Shown here piece after piece: positions 9,375 through 19,492 of a stretch of DNA of 64,000 nucleotides. How positions within the stretch are numbered: the first letter of the stretch is position 1; the number at the start of each line of letters is the position of its first letter. Origin of the DNA: Candidatus Latescibacterota bacterium (GTDB taxonomy: Bacteria > Latescibacterota > UBA2968 > UBA8231); contig CBDFJF010000002.1 in assembly GCA_965248265.1 (NCBI GenBank), forward strand, positions 2,208,001-2,272,000. Direction: 5' to 3'. Below the pieces are notes generated by a model that had not been told where the DNA came from, made no database searches, and saw nothing but the letters and a program-made list of their open reading frames with translations. The translations under genes were made by a program, and so were the position numbers.

Positions 9375-10100
9375 TTAGCGGACGGCTCCTTTGCCGTATC
9401 GGCAAAACCCCTCAGCGAAAGTGCACTCCTTCATGCCCGCCGTGATCTGCGCCTCCAGGGCGCGGTAGCGGGCCAGGACCTCGTACTGCGTCGGCAGCGC
9501 CGGCTGCGAGGCCAGCGCCTTCATGGCCTCGATCTTGCGGTCCATGGTGGTGCCGATGTCGACGTAGAAGTCGGGCAGGAACTTGGTCACGGGGCTGGCC
9601 CCCAGCTGGGTCTCATAACAGACGAATTCCGCCACGGGGCAGGGGTCGTGCTCCGTGTCGATGCCGGGAACGTCCGTATGCCGCGCTGCCCACAGCACTC
9701 CCTGTGCCGTTTCGACGTGGTCTGGATGCAGGAAGTCGTCGATCCAGTGGCAGAGGATCATATCGGGCCGGAAAGCCCGCATCGCGTCGAGGACCTCGAT
9801 GCGTCGCTCCGGCCCCAGCAGCAGCGGTCCGTCGCCGTAATCGAAGCAGTCGATGGAGGCCCCCAGGATGCCGGCAGCCTTTTCCATCTCGGCTTTGCGG
9901 ATCGCCTTGATCTCGTCTACCGACGGAGGCGGAGTTTGCGCCCAGAGTGCCGGCGATTCGAGCAGCTCGCCGTAGGTCAGGTCGTGGATGTGCACGGCGG
10001 CGCCGGCGTCGCTGAAGCGGGCGATCGTCCCCCCGGCGCGTGAACAAAAATCAGCTGCGTGGGCGCTGAACACGAGCACCCTCTCGCGGTCCAAGAACAT
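9375..10100 (-). CDS. PIG-L family protein, 4-oxalomesaconate hydratase GalB-like
   Basis: LVFSAHAADFCSRAGG resembles the GalB N-terminal motif (SAHSADFVWRAGG); HPDH, PDFYVDI..KIEAM; RBS aggag before ATG 10100. Confidence 0.75.
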   Translation of the reverse strand: MFLDRERVLVFSAHAADFCSRAGGTIARFSDAGAAVHIHDLTYGELLESPALWAQTPPPSVDEIKAIRKAEMEKAAGILGASIDCFDYGDGPLLLGPERRIEVLDAMRAFRPDMILCHWIDDFLHPDHVETAQGVLWAARHTDVPGIDTEHDPCPVAEFVCYETQLGASPVTKFLPDFYVDIGTTMDRKIEAMKALASQPALPTQYEVLARYRALEAQITAGMKECTFAEGFCRYGKGAVR

Positions 10101-10181
10101 GGCGAAGCTCCTGTGGAATTCTCGCAGGACACATGTCCTGCTGATCGGGACAGGCAAGATGTGACACAGGCCGCAGGCGGG

Positions 10182-10709
10182 TCAATCGCCCGGCAGTTCG
10201 ATTCCGAGCGCGGTCAGCTGTTCCTCCACCTGCCGAGCCCAGCCGCGGTTGGCTGCCGGACTCGCCGGAGAGGGATGCAGGATGCCGCCGACCTCGACGT
10301 CGCCGACCACGTTCCGGGCGCGGATCTCGCCGAATTTGCCGACGCCGAGCACGTGTGAAGGCCGCACGAACTCGACGAGGGCGCAGAGCGTGCGGTCACA
10401 GACTTCGAACAGGGGATCCCGCTCCGTCACGGGCAGCTTGTCCGGGGTGCGGTTGCGGCCTGAGTCTTCCAGAAAGGCGAGGGGGCAGTAGTTCCACATG
10501 AAAAAACGCGCAAAGAACGATTCGGGCGACCCGAAGCGATCGCAGGCCCAACCCCACAGCCGTTGCCCGCTCACCTCGCTGCGCCCACAATCGAAACCCT
10601 CGATCGGGCGTTTGGGGTGCTCCGATCGAGGCCGGCGCACGCCATCGCGGATGCCGAGCCAGTCCCGCACGAGCCCGACCTCACCGAAAGGCACGCCCGT
10701 CTGAGCCAT
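10182..10709 (-). pseudogene. SMUG1-type (family 3) uracil-DNA glycosylase, N-terminally truncated
   Basis: MAQTGVPFG, RSEVSGQRLW, NYCPLAF, NRTPDKL, HPSPASPAAN; the catalytic GMNPGP motif that normally precedes MAQTGVPFG is absent. Confidence 0.8.
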
Positions 10710-11110
10710 CGGTCCAACCTCGCACGTCTCTGTGCCAGCGCGCGCACGTGCTCGATGATTGTATCAGTTAGCACACGTCGGTGTGTATGACTCGTCACGC
10801 TGAGGCAATCCCCCCTCCAACGATCGTTTCCCGGGCCCGCCGTGATCTATGGGCTCACTTCATCCGCAGAATCCGGCTTGCGGGCGCCACGTCCAGCAGG
10901 CCGCCTGCTCTGAGCAGCCTGTGTTGCGTGCGATAACTGTCTCGTGGAGTCGTTCGTCTCGTCAGCCGACCTGTTGGGGATGCGAGACCTTCGTGTGACG
11001 GCTCTCGTCGTGCCACCTCTGTGCGACTGCGCCCTGTGACCAATCCGGGACGCCAACGTCGCGGCGCGTTTCGTGGGAAAGATTCGGGTAGTCGAGCCGG
11101 CGGGTGGCCG

Positions 11111-13375
11111 TCAGATTCCCGGTTGCACCAACGAGACACCGTCGCGCTCGAGGGCCGTGCCGTGCACGAGCTCTGCCGAATGCAGCCCACCTTCTCGGTC
11201 GAGACGAACGACGCAGGCTGTCCCCTCGAATGAGACTCCCTCATGTTCATACGTTCCGCGAGCGGGTGGCGAGCAGTAGAGATCGACGCCGCCATCGGGA
11301 AGGGTGATCGACAACCAGCCGCTGTCCGTCTCCGACAGTGCCTGCACGTGCGGCAAGGAGCCCTTGGCTGCGCAGGCTTCCGAATCGGGGCGCATCGGCC
11401 ACAACACAGTCTGAATCATCGTGGGCGTGGGGCCAGACCGCCGGTAGATGACGCACGGCGCCGGCACAGGTCGACCGGCTCCACCAGGCCCGCAGTACCA
11501 ACCCTGCAGGTCCGGTTCCTCGCGACCTTCAACGACTTCAAGCTCCACGTATTCGGGAAGGGCTGGTAGAAAGGCGAGATTGGCTCCTTGTGAGGTTGTC
11601 CGCACCGTGCGTGCGGCCGCGTCAACGGCCACGTCGATCGGCACGAGGTGGAAGAGTTGCTCATAGGTATGGTCGCCGCTTCCCGTAAAGCGGTCGGTGA
11701 TTATCCAGTACTCGGGTCCACCGGATTGGCGGGCTTTGACGAAAGCGATGCTGCGGTGATGGACGACCGAATTGCCCGCCGGAGTGCCGTATCCCTGCTC
11801 GTACTCGCCGGCGAGGTAGTCACAGGTTGTGCTGCTGTGCCAGGGATTCGTCAACGGCTCATCAGTCGTTTTCGGTCCGGCAAGCGACCGCACCTGGCTC
11901 TTGCCGTCGACGATGACCGTGTTGTGCGCGCTCGAGCCGTTGAAGAATTCTGTCCACGCCACGTCCCTGGGGTCTTTGCTGTAGCTATGGACGCCGAGAT
12001 CCTCTACGAGCGAGCGCCCGTAGGCCACCACCTCGACGGCCAGTTTACCCTCATGTCCGTGAACGACGCCGAAAGGGCCGACGTCGAAGAAGAGATAGTT
12101 GGTATCAGCGGCCCAGCTCGAGCGCATGATGCCGACCCCAGCCCATGAGTACCAGAACGAGATGTGAGCCGGCGCTTTGCCTCGCTCCCCCGACGTGGCT
12201 ACGAAGCGCAGATCGTCGCGCTGTTCGATTTCGGCCATGCGCCTGACATAGGGGAATCCGGATCCGCGCCTGCTGTCCCCCGTCCACACGTAGTTGCCGT
12301 CCGGCTTGGAGGTGAAGGCGAGGAACTCGGCCCGCATTACCATTGCTTGGGACAGGCCCTCCGGCACGGCGAGACCGTTGCCTCTGGTCAGTTTGAGCGC
12401 TTGAAAGACATGCAAGGATGCCCCGGCGACATACCCGTATGAGTTTTCCGTGGATGAGCCGTCGGGGTAGGTCCCGGCGTTGAGATAGTAGTCGGTGATC
12501 TCCCGGAGTCCGCGTTCGCGCCAACGTGGTGCAGCCTCGAATTCCGGCATGCCGACTCCGATCCATAGCAGCCCGAGGCCGTTGCACATCAGCTGATTTC
12601 CCGGTGCACCGATCACCCCCTCCATCGACTCGGCGCACGGGCCTGAGAGGAAATACTGGATCGTGCAGAAATCGCGCGGCGCCAACTCGTCCCAGGAGAG
12701 GATGAAGGGCATCACCTGCTGGTAGTGGATTGCCAGTTGCATGTCGGGAAGCCACATCCAGTCGCTCTTGCCCGGCAGGTAGACGACATAGTCGGTCGCC
12801 GTCCGGACCAGCTTGGCGACATAGCGCTCGTCGTCCGTGAGCCACCAGGCCTGCGCCAGGGCGCGCTGGAAATACTGGTAGACGAGACTCATCGGCCACC
12901 GCCTCCCGGCGCCACCCGGCGGTGGATGGTGCTCCCAATCCCACTCCGGTCCGAGATCCTGGACGCCGTCCTCGGGGTGGTAAGGGATGAATACCTTGTT
13001 ATCCAACAGCATATCAGCGTGATCGAGCAACGTGAAGTCCGAGCGCTGGAGACCTTCGCTCCGGTCCCATATAGAGCCGCGCTCATTGCTGATATATGGC
13101 CGCACTGCATCCCGATCACGCCAAGTGATCGTGTCCGGGCGGCGGCTCAGGAAGTCCCAATCCGCGGAGCTCGCCTTGACATTCGCCTCGGCTCCCCAGT
13201 CGAGGACGGGTTGCTCTCTCGCGCGGTAGTGCTGGAGGTAGGCCGCTTCGGCGGCTGCATAGTCACCGGCCCCGACCGCTGCGGATACGTCCTCGAGTCC
13301 GGGTGAGTCGAGTCGCATCTGGCCGAACATAGCGACGATGAGAGCATCATCGATTTTGGAGAAAGGCTCTGTCAT
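11111..13375 (-). CDS. Heparinase II/III family (alginate lyase-like) protein
   Basis: YPDGSSTENSYGY, MRSSW, FDVGPFGVVHGHEGKL, AHNTVIVDGKSQ; paralog of 30975..33260. Confidence 0.85.
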   Translation of the reverse strand: MTEPFSKIDDALIVAMFGQMRLDSPGLEDVSAAVGAGDYAAAEAAYLQHYRAREQPVLDWGAEANVKASSADWDFLSRRPDTITWRDRDAVRPYISNERGSIWDRSEGLQRSDFTLLDHADMLLDNKVFIPYHPEDGVQDLGPEWDWEHHPPPGGAGRRWPMSLVYQYFQRALAQAWWLTDDERYVAKLVRTATDYVVYLPGKSDWMWLPDMQLAIHYQQVMPFILSWDELAPRDFCTIQYFLSGPCAESMEGVIGAPGNQLMCNGLGLLWIGVGMPEFEAAPRWRERGLREITDYYLNAGTYPDGSSTENSYGYVAGASLHVFQALKLTRGNGLAVPEGLSQAMVMRAEFLAFTSKPDGNYVWTGDSRRGSGFPYVRRMAEIEQRDDLRFVATSGERGKAPAHISFWYSWAGVGIMRSSWAADTNYLFFDVGPFGVVHGHEGKLAVEVVAYGRSLVEDLGVHSYSKDPRDVAWTEFFNGSSAHNTVIVDGKSQVRSLAGPKTTDEPLTNPWHSSTTCDYLAGEYEQGYGTPAGNSVVHHRSIAFVKARQSGGPEYWIITDRFTGSGDHTYEQLFHLVPIDVAVDAAARTVRTTSQGANLAFLPALPEYVELEVVEGREEPDLQGWYCGPGGAGRPVPAPCVIYRRSGPTPTMIQTVLWPMRPDSEACAAKGSLPHVQALSETDSGWLSITLPDGGVDLYCSPPARGTYEHEGVSFEGTACVVRLDREGGLHSAELVHGTALERDGVSLVQPGI

Positions 13376-13622
13376 CGGGTACCGGTCAGGAGATGCTTTG
13401 CCTGAGGGGTTTGAAGCGGATAGTATGATTCCTGGCAGGGGCTTTGTCGAGTGTGATTGGCGCGGTGGCAGATGGAGTTGAGCAGCTCGCTGATTGACTG
13501 TTTACAGGTGTTTGTTATCAAAACATCGATTGAAGTATGTTGTGATGTATGCGAACCACCTTGGCCATCGACGGTCTGTTCCGGCAGGGCACCCGCCGAG
13601 TAGAAGCAGGAGGAATCAGGTG

Positions 13623-14558
13623 ATGCCCATCTCGATGACGAAGCAGCAGGAGAGAGATTTCGACGAGGAGGGATTCATCATTCTCGAGGACTTTTTGTCA
13701 GAGGACGAGCTGGGCCGACTGTTGTCGGCGGTGGACGAGGTTGTGGCCAAGGGGCGCAAGGCGAAGAGCATGGGTCCCGACGACCCTTTCGCCATTCGCA
13801 ACCTGCTATCTCACCACGACGCCTTCCTCGATCTGGTCGACCACCCCCGAATTCTGCCACTCGTCGTCGACGCGATCGGATGGAACATCCAGGTTCGAAC
13901 CACTCACCTCGACTATCGGCCACCGTACCCCGAAAACATCCCGCCTGGCGATATCGGCAGCCCTGACGGAGCGGACAGTCAGGCCGGCTACGCCAATGTC
14001 AACTGGCACCCGGACCTCTCCGGCGATTACTTCTTCGAGGCGCCTTCCCTCGACGGACGACTGCCCTTCATGGAGATCAAGGTATTCTACGTGCTGTCAG
14101 ATCTCAGCGAATCGAACCGCGGCAACCTGTGGATGGTGCCGGGCAGCCACAAACGACCGCCGCAGGAACTGCGTGACGGGGACGGCAAGGTCGATCCGGC
14201 CGAAGCCGTGGAATTCAGGCTGTCGCCTGGCTCCGCCGTGCTCTGGCGCACCGCCACCTGGCACTGCGTCGGCCCGAATCTGTCGAATATGATCAGGAAG
14301 ATCGTGCACGTGGGTTACCACTACCGCTGGCTCCGCCCCGCCGACTACATCGAGCAGGACCCGAAACTCCTGGAGCGCTGCACGCCGATCCGGCGCCAGC
14401 TGCTGGGCGCCCTGCCCGCGGGTGCCCGTCCGCTGGGCGACGACCCGGACATACAACCACATTCGATGTACTGGATCTCGAAAGATTGGGACGCTGTGCC
14501 GTTGAAGGCCTGGGCTGAGAAACAGGCGGGATTCAAGCAGCCAACGGAGCCCCTCTGA
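13623..14558 (+). CDS. Phytanoyl-CoA dioxygenase (PhyH) family Fe(II)/2OG oxygenase
   Basis: FDEEGFIILEDFLS, WHPD, VPGSHK, WHCV; RBS aggagg. Confidence 0.9.
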   Translation: MPISMTKQQERDFDEEGFIILEDFLSEDELGRLLSAVDEVVAKGRKAKSMGPDDPFAIRNLLSHHDAFLDLVDHPRILPLVVDAIGWNIQVRTTHLDYRPPYPENIPPGDIGSPDGADSQAGYANVNWHPDLSGDYFFEAPSLDGRLPFMEIKVFYVLSDLSESNRGNLWMVPGSHKRPPQELRDGDGKVDPAEAVEFRLSPGSAVLWRTATWHCVGPNLSNMIRKIVHVGYHYRWLRPADYIEQDPKLLERCTPIRRQLLGALPAGARPLGDDPDIQPHSMYWISKDWDAVPLKAWAEKQAGFKQPTEPL

Positions 14559-14613
14559 TTAGGGCCAAAGGCGCGTATGGTGGCTGCGAAGCGGATGGGT
14601 GGGTGGCACCTGC

Positions 14614-16530
14614 CTACCATCCCCCCAGCGGAGAATTGCCCTGGTGACCGGTGACGTAGTCGATGACGAGCCAGGTCCCCGACGTGACGAAGGCCCCCAG
14701 GATCATCCCCATGAAAAGGTACCGGCTGTGGCTGTAAAGATTGCCGCCGCCATACTTCAGCACCACTACCTTGGTGAGCCAGGCGATGAAGACGCTGAAC
14801 CACATGAACCCGGAGGTAAATACAGTTCCGCTGATGGCCAGACCGAGGGGATGAACCGGCCACCAGGTGACGCGCTGCTGGACGAACATCAACAACCACA
14901 TGACGCCGGCGCCGAATCCGGTAAACAGCCAACCTGCCGCCTCCGTCACCGAGGGCGTCTGGATCATGGCGGCGATGTAGGTCAGGGGAAAACTGGAGGA
15001 ATGTTTCCAGAACCAGGGCGACAGGTTGATGCCGCCGCGCGTGTACGACAGGTGGATGACCATCCAACCGGAGGCGCACAGCGTAACGACGACAGCCAGC
15101 ATCATCCCCAAGAACGCCGCTCGCCGCTCTCTGCCGATGAACTCGGAGACCATCCTGAGTCCGTTGGCGGCTGCCGCCATCGGGAACGTGACGATGTCGG
15201 CCGTCCACGGATAGGTGTATGCCAGGCCGGTGAGGCCGGCGCCACCCAGCGTCGACGTGCCGAAGCTCGCCATGACAAAATCGGGAGCGATCAGCGGCGC
15301 TCGCAGCAGGGCGACCCCGGCCTCGACGACGATGCGTGTTATGGCCAGAAACAGCAACAACGCCACGGTGAGAAAAACCGGTACGACGAACAGCGGTATG
15401 CCTGCCGCGTTGAGCCACAAGAGCATGACCGCCAGTCCGGCTAGCAGGCCGAACACGGCGGCCCTGTAAGACAGGATTTCGTCGTCATCCCTCACGCTGT
15501 CGTCACCGGTGAACGCCTTGCGAAGGACATCTCGCAGGTGGGATCGCGCGTTCCACAAGACGAAAAGGGCGAACATCAACATGGCGCCCAGAGCCTGATG
15601 GGTGAGAAAGGGGGAGCTCGGGTTGCTGAACCATCCGAGTCGCTCGCTGGTCTGGAAACCGACGACGTTGAACAACTCCTGTTCCAGCAAGGTCAGCCAA
15701 TAGAAGAGCCAGATTCCCAGCGCGAGAGACTGGTGGATGAAGTAGGAGAAGCCGGTCAACGGGAAGGAAAAGTGCAAGGGGACATTGCGGTCGCGAAAAA
15801 CATCCAGGGACGTGGTGAGGTGAACGCTCGGCACGGACGGGAAGTAGCTGCTCAACCCGTTGAGTGTTCCCACGAGGACCGGCAGGGCAAAACCGACCCA
15901 CATGACGGTGTTGCGGAAAAACCGCGATTCGCCTGAGGCCATGCGCGCCGGACCGACCAGCTCCATCGCCGTGAGCATCATCGGGTAGGCGAGACGCTCG
16001 CGTTCCATCCATTGCCGGCGCACGATCACGACTACACAGATGGACACGAGATAGAGGGCCAGCAGGAACAGGAGCCACCATGAGAGCGACTCGAGCCAAC
16101 CCCCCCAGGGAATCGATTCTCCGAGTGGCATACCTTCGTAGAATCCCCTGATCAATTGCGGGTCGCTCGGCGCTATCCAGGTGGGAATGTGCGGGTGGAT
16201 GAGGGTCTCCCAGTTGTTCTCAGGGGTCGCGTAGTAGAAAGCGCCAGTGATCATCGGCAGCAGATGCTGGACCAGGCCGAACGTCGGAATCGAAGCGGAG
16301 ACGAGCATCATCACGAAGATCAAGGCCAGCTCTTCGCGTTTCAGAGCCAGCTGCCGCGACGCGCGGCGGACGAGCAGGTTGGCCGCCACGAGATAGAAGA
16401 GCAGGAAGAACGCCACCGGGCTGGCGAAGCTGGATGCCATGAAGGTGCCGCGGATGATGTTGCGGGCGTAGGGCGTTCCGGCCCCTATCAGGAGGCTGAG
16501 CAGAGAGCCGATCAGGAGTGCTCTGAGCAT
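14614..16530 (-). CDS. Polytopic membrane protein, DUF6785/DUF6784-like
   Basis: YYATPENNW, RRQWMERERLAYPM, WWPVHPLG, LKYGG; RBS ggagga. Confidence 0.8.
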   Translation of the reverse strand: MLRALLIGSLLSLLIGAGTPYARNIIRGTFMASSFASPVAFFLLFYLVAANLLVRRASRQLALKREELALIFVMMLVSASIPTFGLVQHLLPMITGAFYYATPENNWETLIHPHIPTWIAPSDPQLIRGFYEGMPLGESIPWGGWLESLSWWLLFLLALYLVSICVVVIVRRQWMERERLAYPMMLTAMELVGPARMASGESRFFRNTVMWVGFALPVLVGTLNGLSSYFPSVPSVHLTTSLDVFRDRNVPLHFSFPLTGFSYFIHQSLALGIWLFYWLTLLEQELFNVVGFQTSERLGWFSNPSSPFLTHQALGAMLMFALFVLWNARSHLRDVLRKAFTGDDSVRDDDEILSYRAAVFGLLAGLAVMLLWLNAAGIPLFVVPVFLTVALLLFLAITRIVVEAGVALLRAPLIAPDFVMASFGTSTLGGAGLTGLAYTYPWTADIVTFPMAAAANGLRMVSEFIGRERRAAFLGMMLAVVVTLCASGWMVIHLSYTRGGINLSPWFWKHSSSFPLTYIAAMIQTPSVTEAAGWLFTGFGAGVMWLLMFVQQRVTWWPVHPLGLAISGTVFTSGFMWFSVFIAWLTKVVVLKYGGGNLYSHSRYLFMGMILGAFVTSGTWLVIDYVTGHQGNSPLGGW

Positions 16531-16546
16531 GGGGCTCAGGTCCTCC

Positions 16547-16670
16547 TCACATGATGAATTCGTGCACGTCGTCGAGCCAGGCGAATCCCTCCGCATTGTC
16601 CAACTTGTAGGCTCCACCCATCAAAAAGATCCGATCTTCGGTGGCGGCTGCCGGCATCCAGGCTTTCTTG
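16547..16670 (-). pseudogene. C-terminal fragment of a Kelch-repeat gene
   Basis: KKAWMPAAATEDRIFLMGGAY..GFAWLDDVHEF matches the C-terminus of 46775..47698 (AKAWLAACAVGEKIFAMGGAY..GFKWIHDLHEY). Confidence 0.7.
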
Positions 16671-16863
16671 ACCAGCCCCCCTTGCGCGGTACCTACTTTG
16701 GTCTCCAAACTTTGGTTACCGGGCTCGAGACCAAGCAAAGGATGCTGGCCGCTCATGACGTTTGCGAACATAACGATAGGCTTGGATGTGGACGAGCGTT
16801 TCTCTCAGGCACGGGGGCGCCCACAACCGCGTCGCGATCATCGAAAACAGGATCAGCTCTGCC

Positions 16864-18270
16864 ATGACGACGACGCTCTTGTTTGACGACCAGAGACTCA
16901 ACCGGCTGCACAACGTGGAGCGAAAGCTCGGACGACCCGAGCGAGTCGAAGATGCGGTCTACCGGGACGAGTACGGCAACACGGCATTCGGCTATCCCTC
17001 GGTGTTCCGGCATGAGGAAAGCGGCATGTGGCGCATGGTGTACCAGACTGCCCTCACAGGCCAGGGCGGGCTGCTGTTTGCCCAGGTCATAGCCGAGAGC
17101 AAGGACGGCCTCGAGTGGCGACCGCTGGACACGACCGCACAGGTCGATCTGCCGGAGCGGCAGGTGCCGCACCAGATTGTGCCGATCCAGGATCAGAAGG
17201 AATGGGCCTCGTGCTTCGTCGACCACCGAGCCGGCGCCGAGGAGCGCATCAAGGCGTTCGAGACTACATTTCCGGAGGGTGTCGCCGGAGGTGGGCTTGC
17301 CTTGTTGCTCGTGTCACCCGACGGCATCCGCTGGACGCCCAAGAGTGATGGCGCCTGGCAGCAACCGACAGGCGATCCCGGCGTCTTTGCATTCTGGAAC
17401 GAGGTGCGTCAGAGTTACGTCATCCACACCCGTCCCGAGGTCCTCGACCGGCGCGTAGCCGCCGTGGAGACCGTGGACTGGCGCAACTACTCGGAGCCGG
17501 AACTCGTCATACATCCGGACGGACTCGATGCGCCCCTGACCGAGCCCTACGGCATGCCGGTGTTTCCGTACGAGGATTACTTCATCGGTTTGCTGTGGCT
17601 GTTCCACACGGTGCCCTGGGACCCGGCGATCCGCCGGTTTCGCGGCGGTCACATGGACTGCCAGCTCGCTTACAGCCTCGACGGCTGGCACTGGCAGCGC
17701 GGACTCCGCGAACCGTTCATCCCCAATGGCGCCCCCGGAGAGCCTGATTCCGGATGCGTCTACCCAGGTTCGGTTGCTGTCCAGGACGATGGCTCTCTCC
17801 TCATCTACGCGTCGGCGTGCACGCACGAGCACGGGGTGCCGCCCGACGGCGCGGGTTCCATCGTCGTCTACCGCTTGCGCCGCGACGGTTTCTGCTTCCT
17901 GGAGAGCGGCGGCGGGGCCGGTCTGGTCGGGATACGACCGGTGTATTGGCGCGGCGGGGAGGTCGAACTGAACGTCTCGTGCCAGGGCGGCCAGGTGCGG
18001 GCGCAGATCACCGATCAGATCGGCACCCCGATCGAGGGCTTCACTTTCGAAGACTGTCAGCCCTTCTCCGGCGACGACACCGCATGGACTCCGGTCTGGC
18101 AGACCGGGAAGAAGCTCGATTCGCTCACGGCTCAGTTCATCCGCGTGGAGATCGAGCTCGACAGTGCCCGCCTGTACGCCGTCCGAGGTGACTATATCAA
18201 AACGCTGCCGAGAGACATCGCCCGCCACAGGCAGTATGGCGACATTCCAGCTGACAGAATCGGTTGGTAG
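16864..18270 (+). CDS. Uncharacterised five-bladed beta-propeller glycoside hydrolase-like protein
   Basis: LLFDD, AESKDGLEW, SPDGIRW, EPYGMPVFPYE, LRRDGF; paralog of 29486..30970 and 52676..54097. Confidence 0.7.
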   Translation: MTTTLLFDDQRLNRLHNVERKLGRPERVEDAVYRDEYGNTAFGYPSVFRHEESGMWRMVYQTALTGQGGLLFAQVIAESKDGLEWRPLDTTAQVDLPERQVPHQIVPIQDQKEWASCFVDHRAGAEERIKAFETTFPEGVAGGGLALLLVSPDGIRWTPKSDGAWQQPTGDPGVFAFWNEVRQSYVIHTRPEVLDRRVAAVETVDWRNYSEPELVIHPDGLDAPLTEPYGMPVFPYEDYFIGLLWLFHTVPWDPAIRRFRGGHMDCQLAYSLDGWHWQRGLREPFIPNGAPGEPDSGCVYPGSVAVQDDGSLLIYASACTHEHGVPPDGAGSIVVYRLRRDGFCFLESGGGAGLVGIRPVYWRGGEVELNVSCQGGQVRAQITDQIGTPIEGFTFEDCQPFSGDDTAWTPVWQTGKKLDSLTAQFIRVEIELDSARLYAVRGDYIKTLPRDIARHRQYGDIPADRIGW

Positions 18271-18309
18271 CCGGAGCGGAGCCATTCGTATTCGTGTGAG
18301 GATCAAAAC

Positions 18310-19248
18310 ATGCTGACAGCTAAAGAGCTACACGACAGGCTGCGTGGTCCCGTCGTTGCCATGACGACTCATTTCATGGACGATTATTCGCTTGACTTAG
18401 ACGCCATGAAGCGGCTGACAGAGTTTTACATCGAGCAGAAGGTTCCCACAGTCATCGTCACTGGTAGTACGGGCGAGTATGGTGCCCTGACGGACGATGA
18501 GCGCCACCGGGTCCAAAAGACCGTCATCGATACGGCCCAGGGTAGCGGCATGACCGTGATCGCGGGTGCTTCGGCCATGGCGTCACTGCAGTGCGTCGAA
18601 CTGACGAAGTATGCCGAAGGCGCCGGTGCCGACGGAGTGATGATCACCCCACCGCTGGCAGCGACCTGCGGTGCCGGCTTCCCCGCGATCCAGCATCATT
18701 ACGATACGGTGACCCGCGCTACCGACATCGGGATCGTCATCTACTTCAGCGGGGCCGTCCTATGGCAGGTGCAGGACGTGATCGCCAACCCCGGGATGAT
18801 GTTGCAGTTGGTGGAATCATGCAACGGACATGCCGGCGGGTTCAAGGATGGCTCGGGGAATTACACGTTTTACCGAAGCCACAGCGGCCTGCTAGCCGGA
18901 AAGGTGGCGACGATGGGCAGCAATGGAATGAGGTACTACCTGTGGGGATTCGATTTCGGTTCGCCCTGCTTTCTGACCGGTCTTGGAAATATCTGGCCGA
19001 AATGGGAAATCGATTTCTACCAGCACCTCGTGGAAGGCCGCCGCGCAGAAGCGTTGAAGATTGTGAAACAGCAAGACATTCCCTATGCCGATGTCACCAT
19101 AGGAACCAAGCGATATTGGTCCTGCGTCAAGGTGCTTCAGGAGATGGTGGGTCTGCCCGGCGGCCCCATGCGGCCACCCCTCATGGATTGCACTCCCGAG
19201 CAACGAGATGCGCTGCGCAAAGTGTGTACCGAGGCCGGTTTGATGTAG
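18310..19248 (+). CDS. Dihydrodipicolinate synthase (DapA/NanA/KDG aldolase) family lyase
   Basis: GSTGEY, GADGVMITPP, IVIY, Schiff-base FKDGSG, GPMRPPL. Confidence 0.9.
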   Translation: MLTAKELHDRLRGPVVAMTTHFMDDYSLDLDAMKRLTEFYIEQKVPTVIVTGSTGEYGALTDDERHRVQKTVIDTAQGSGMTVIAGASAMASLQCVELTKYAEGAGADGVMITPPLAATCGAGFPAIQHHYDTVTRATDIGIVIYFSGAVLWQVQDVIANPGMMLQLVESCNGHAGGFKDGSGNYTFYRSHSGLLAGKVATMGSNGMRYYLWGFDFGSPCFLTGLGNIWPKWEIDFYQHLVEGRRAEALKIVKQQDIPYADVTIGTKRYWSCVKVLQEMVGLPGGPMRPPLMDCTPEQRDALRKVCTEAGLM

Positions 19249-19264
19249 CTGCAACGCGAGGGCA

Positions 19265-19394
19265 CCGCAGTGACCGGCGTCGCTGTTGGATGAACGTTGC
19301 TTCAGTTTCCAACAGGCTCAGCAACGTGCCCGAAGGTTTGCCCAAGTCGTGAGATCGCATCCAGCGGAAGCGGGCCTTTCTCAATGTGCACGTC
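19265..19394 (-). repeat. Degenerate duplicate of the 3' end and downstream flank of the aldo/keto reductase at 23389..23523
   Basis: ccgcagtgaccggcgtcgct...cttcagtttccaacagg...tttgcccaagtcgtgagatcgca occurs at both places; both encode IEKGPLP..AISRLGQTFGH.AEPVGN*. Confidence 0.9.
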
Positions 19395-19416
19395 TTCTGA
19401 GCTGATAGGACGCCCT

Positions 19417-19490
19417 GCGTTGAGTTTGAAGCGGGTGCTGCATATCGGCTCGTACCAGACCGCCTGGGCGATGCTACACCGGCTGCTCGG
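19417..19490 (+). mobile_element. IS1595-family transposase fragment
   Basis: ALSLKRVLHIGSYQTAWAMLHRL is the HTH segment typical of IS1595 transposases. Confidence 0.7.
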
Positions 19491-19492
19491 TG

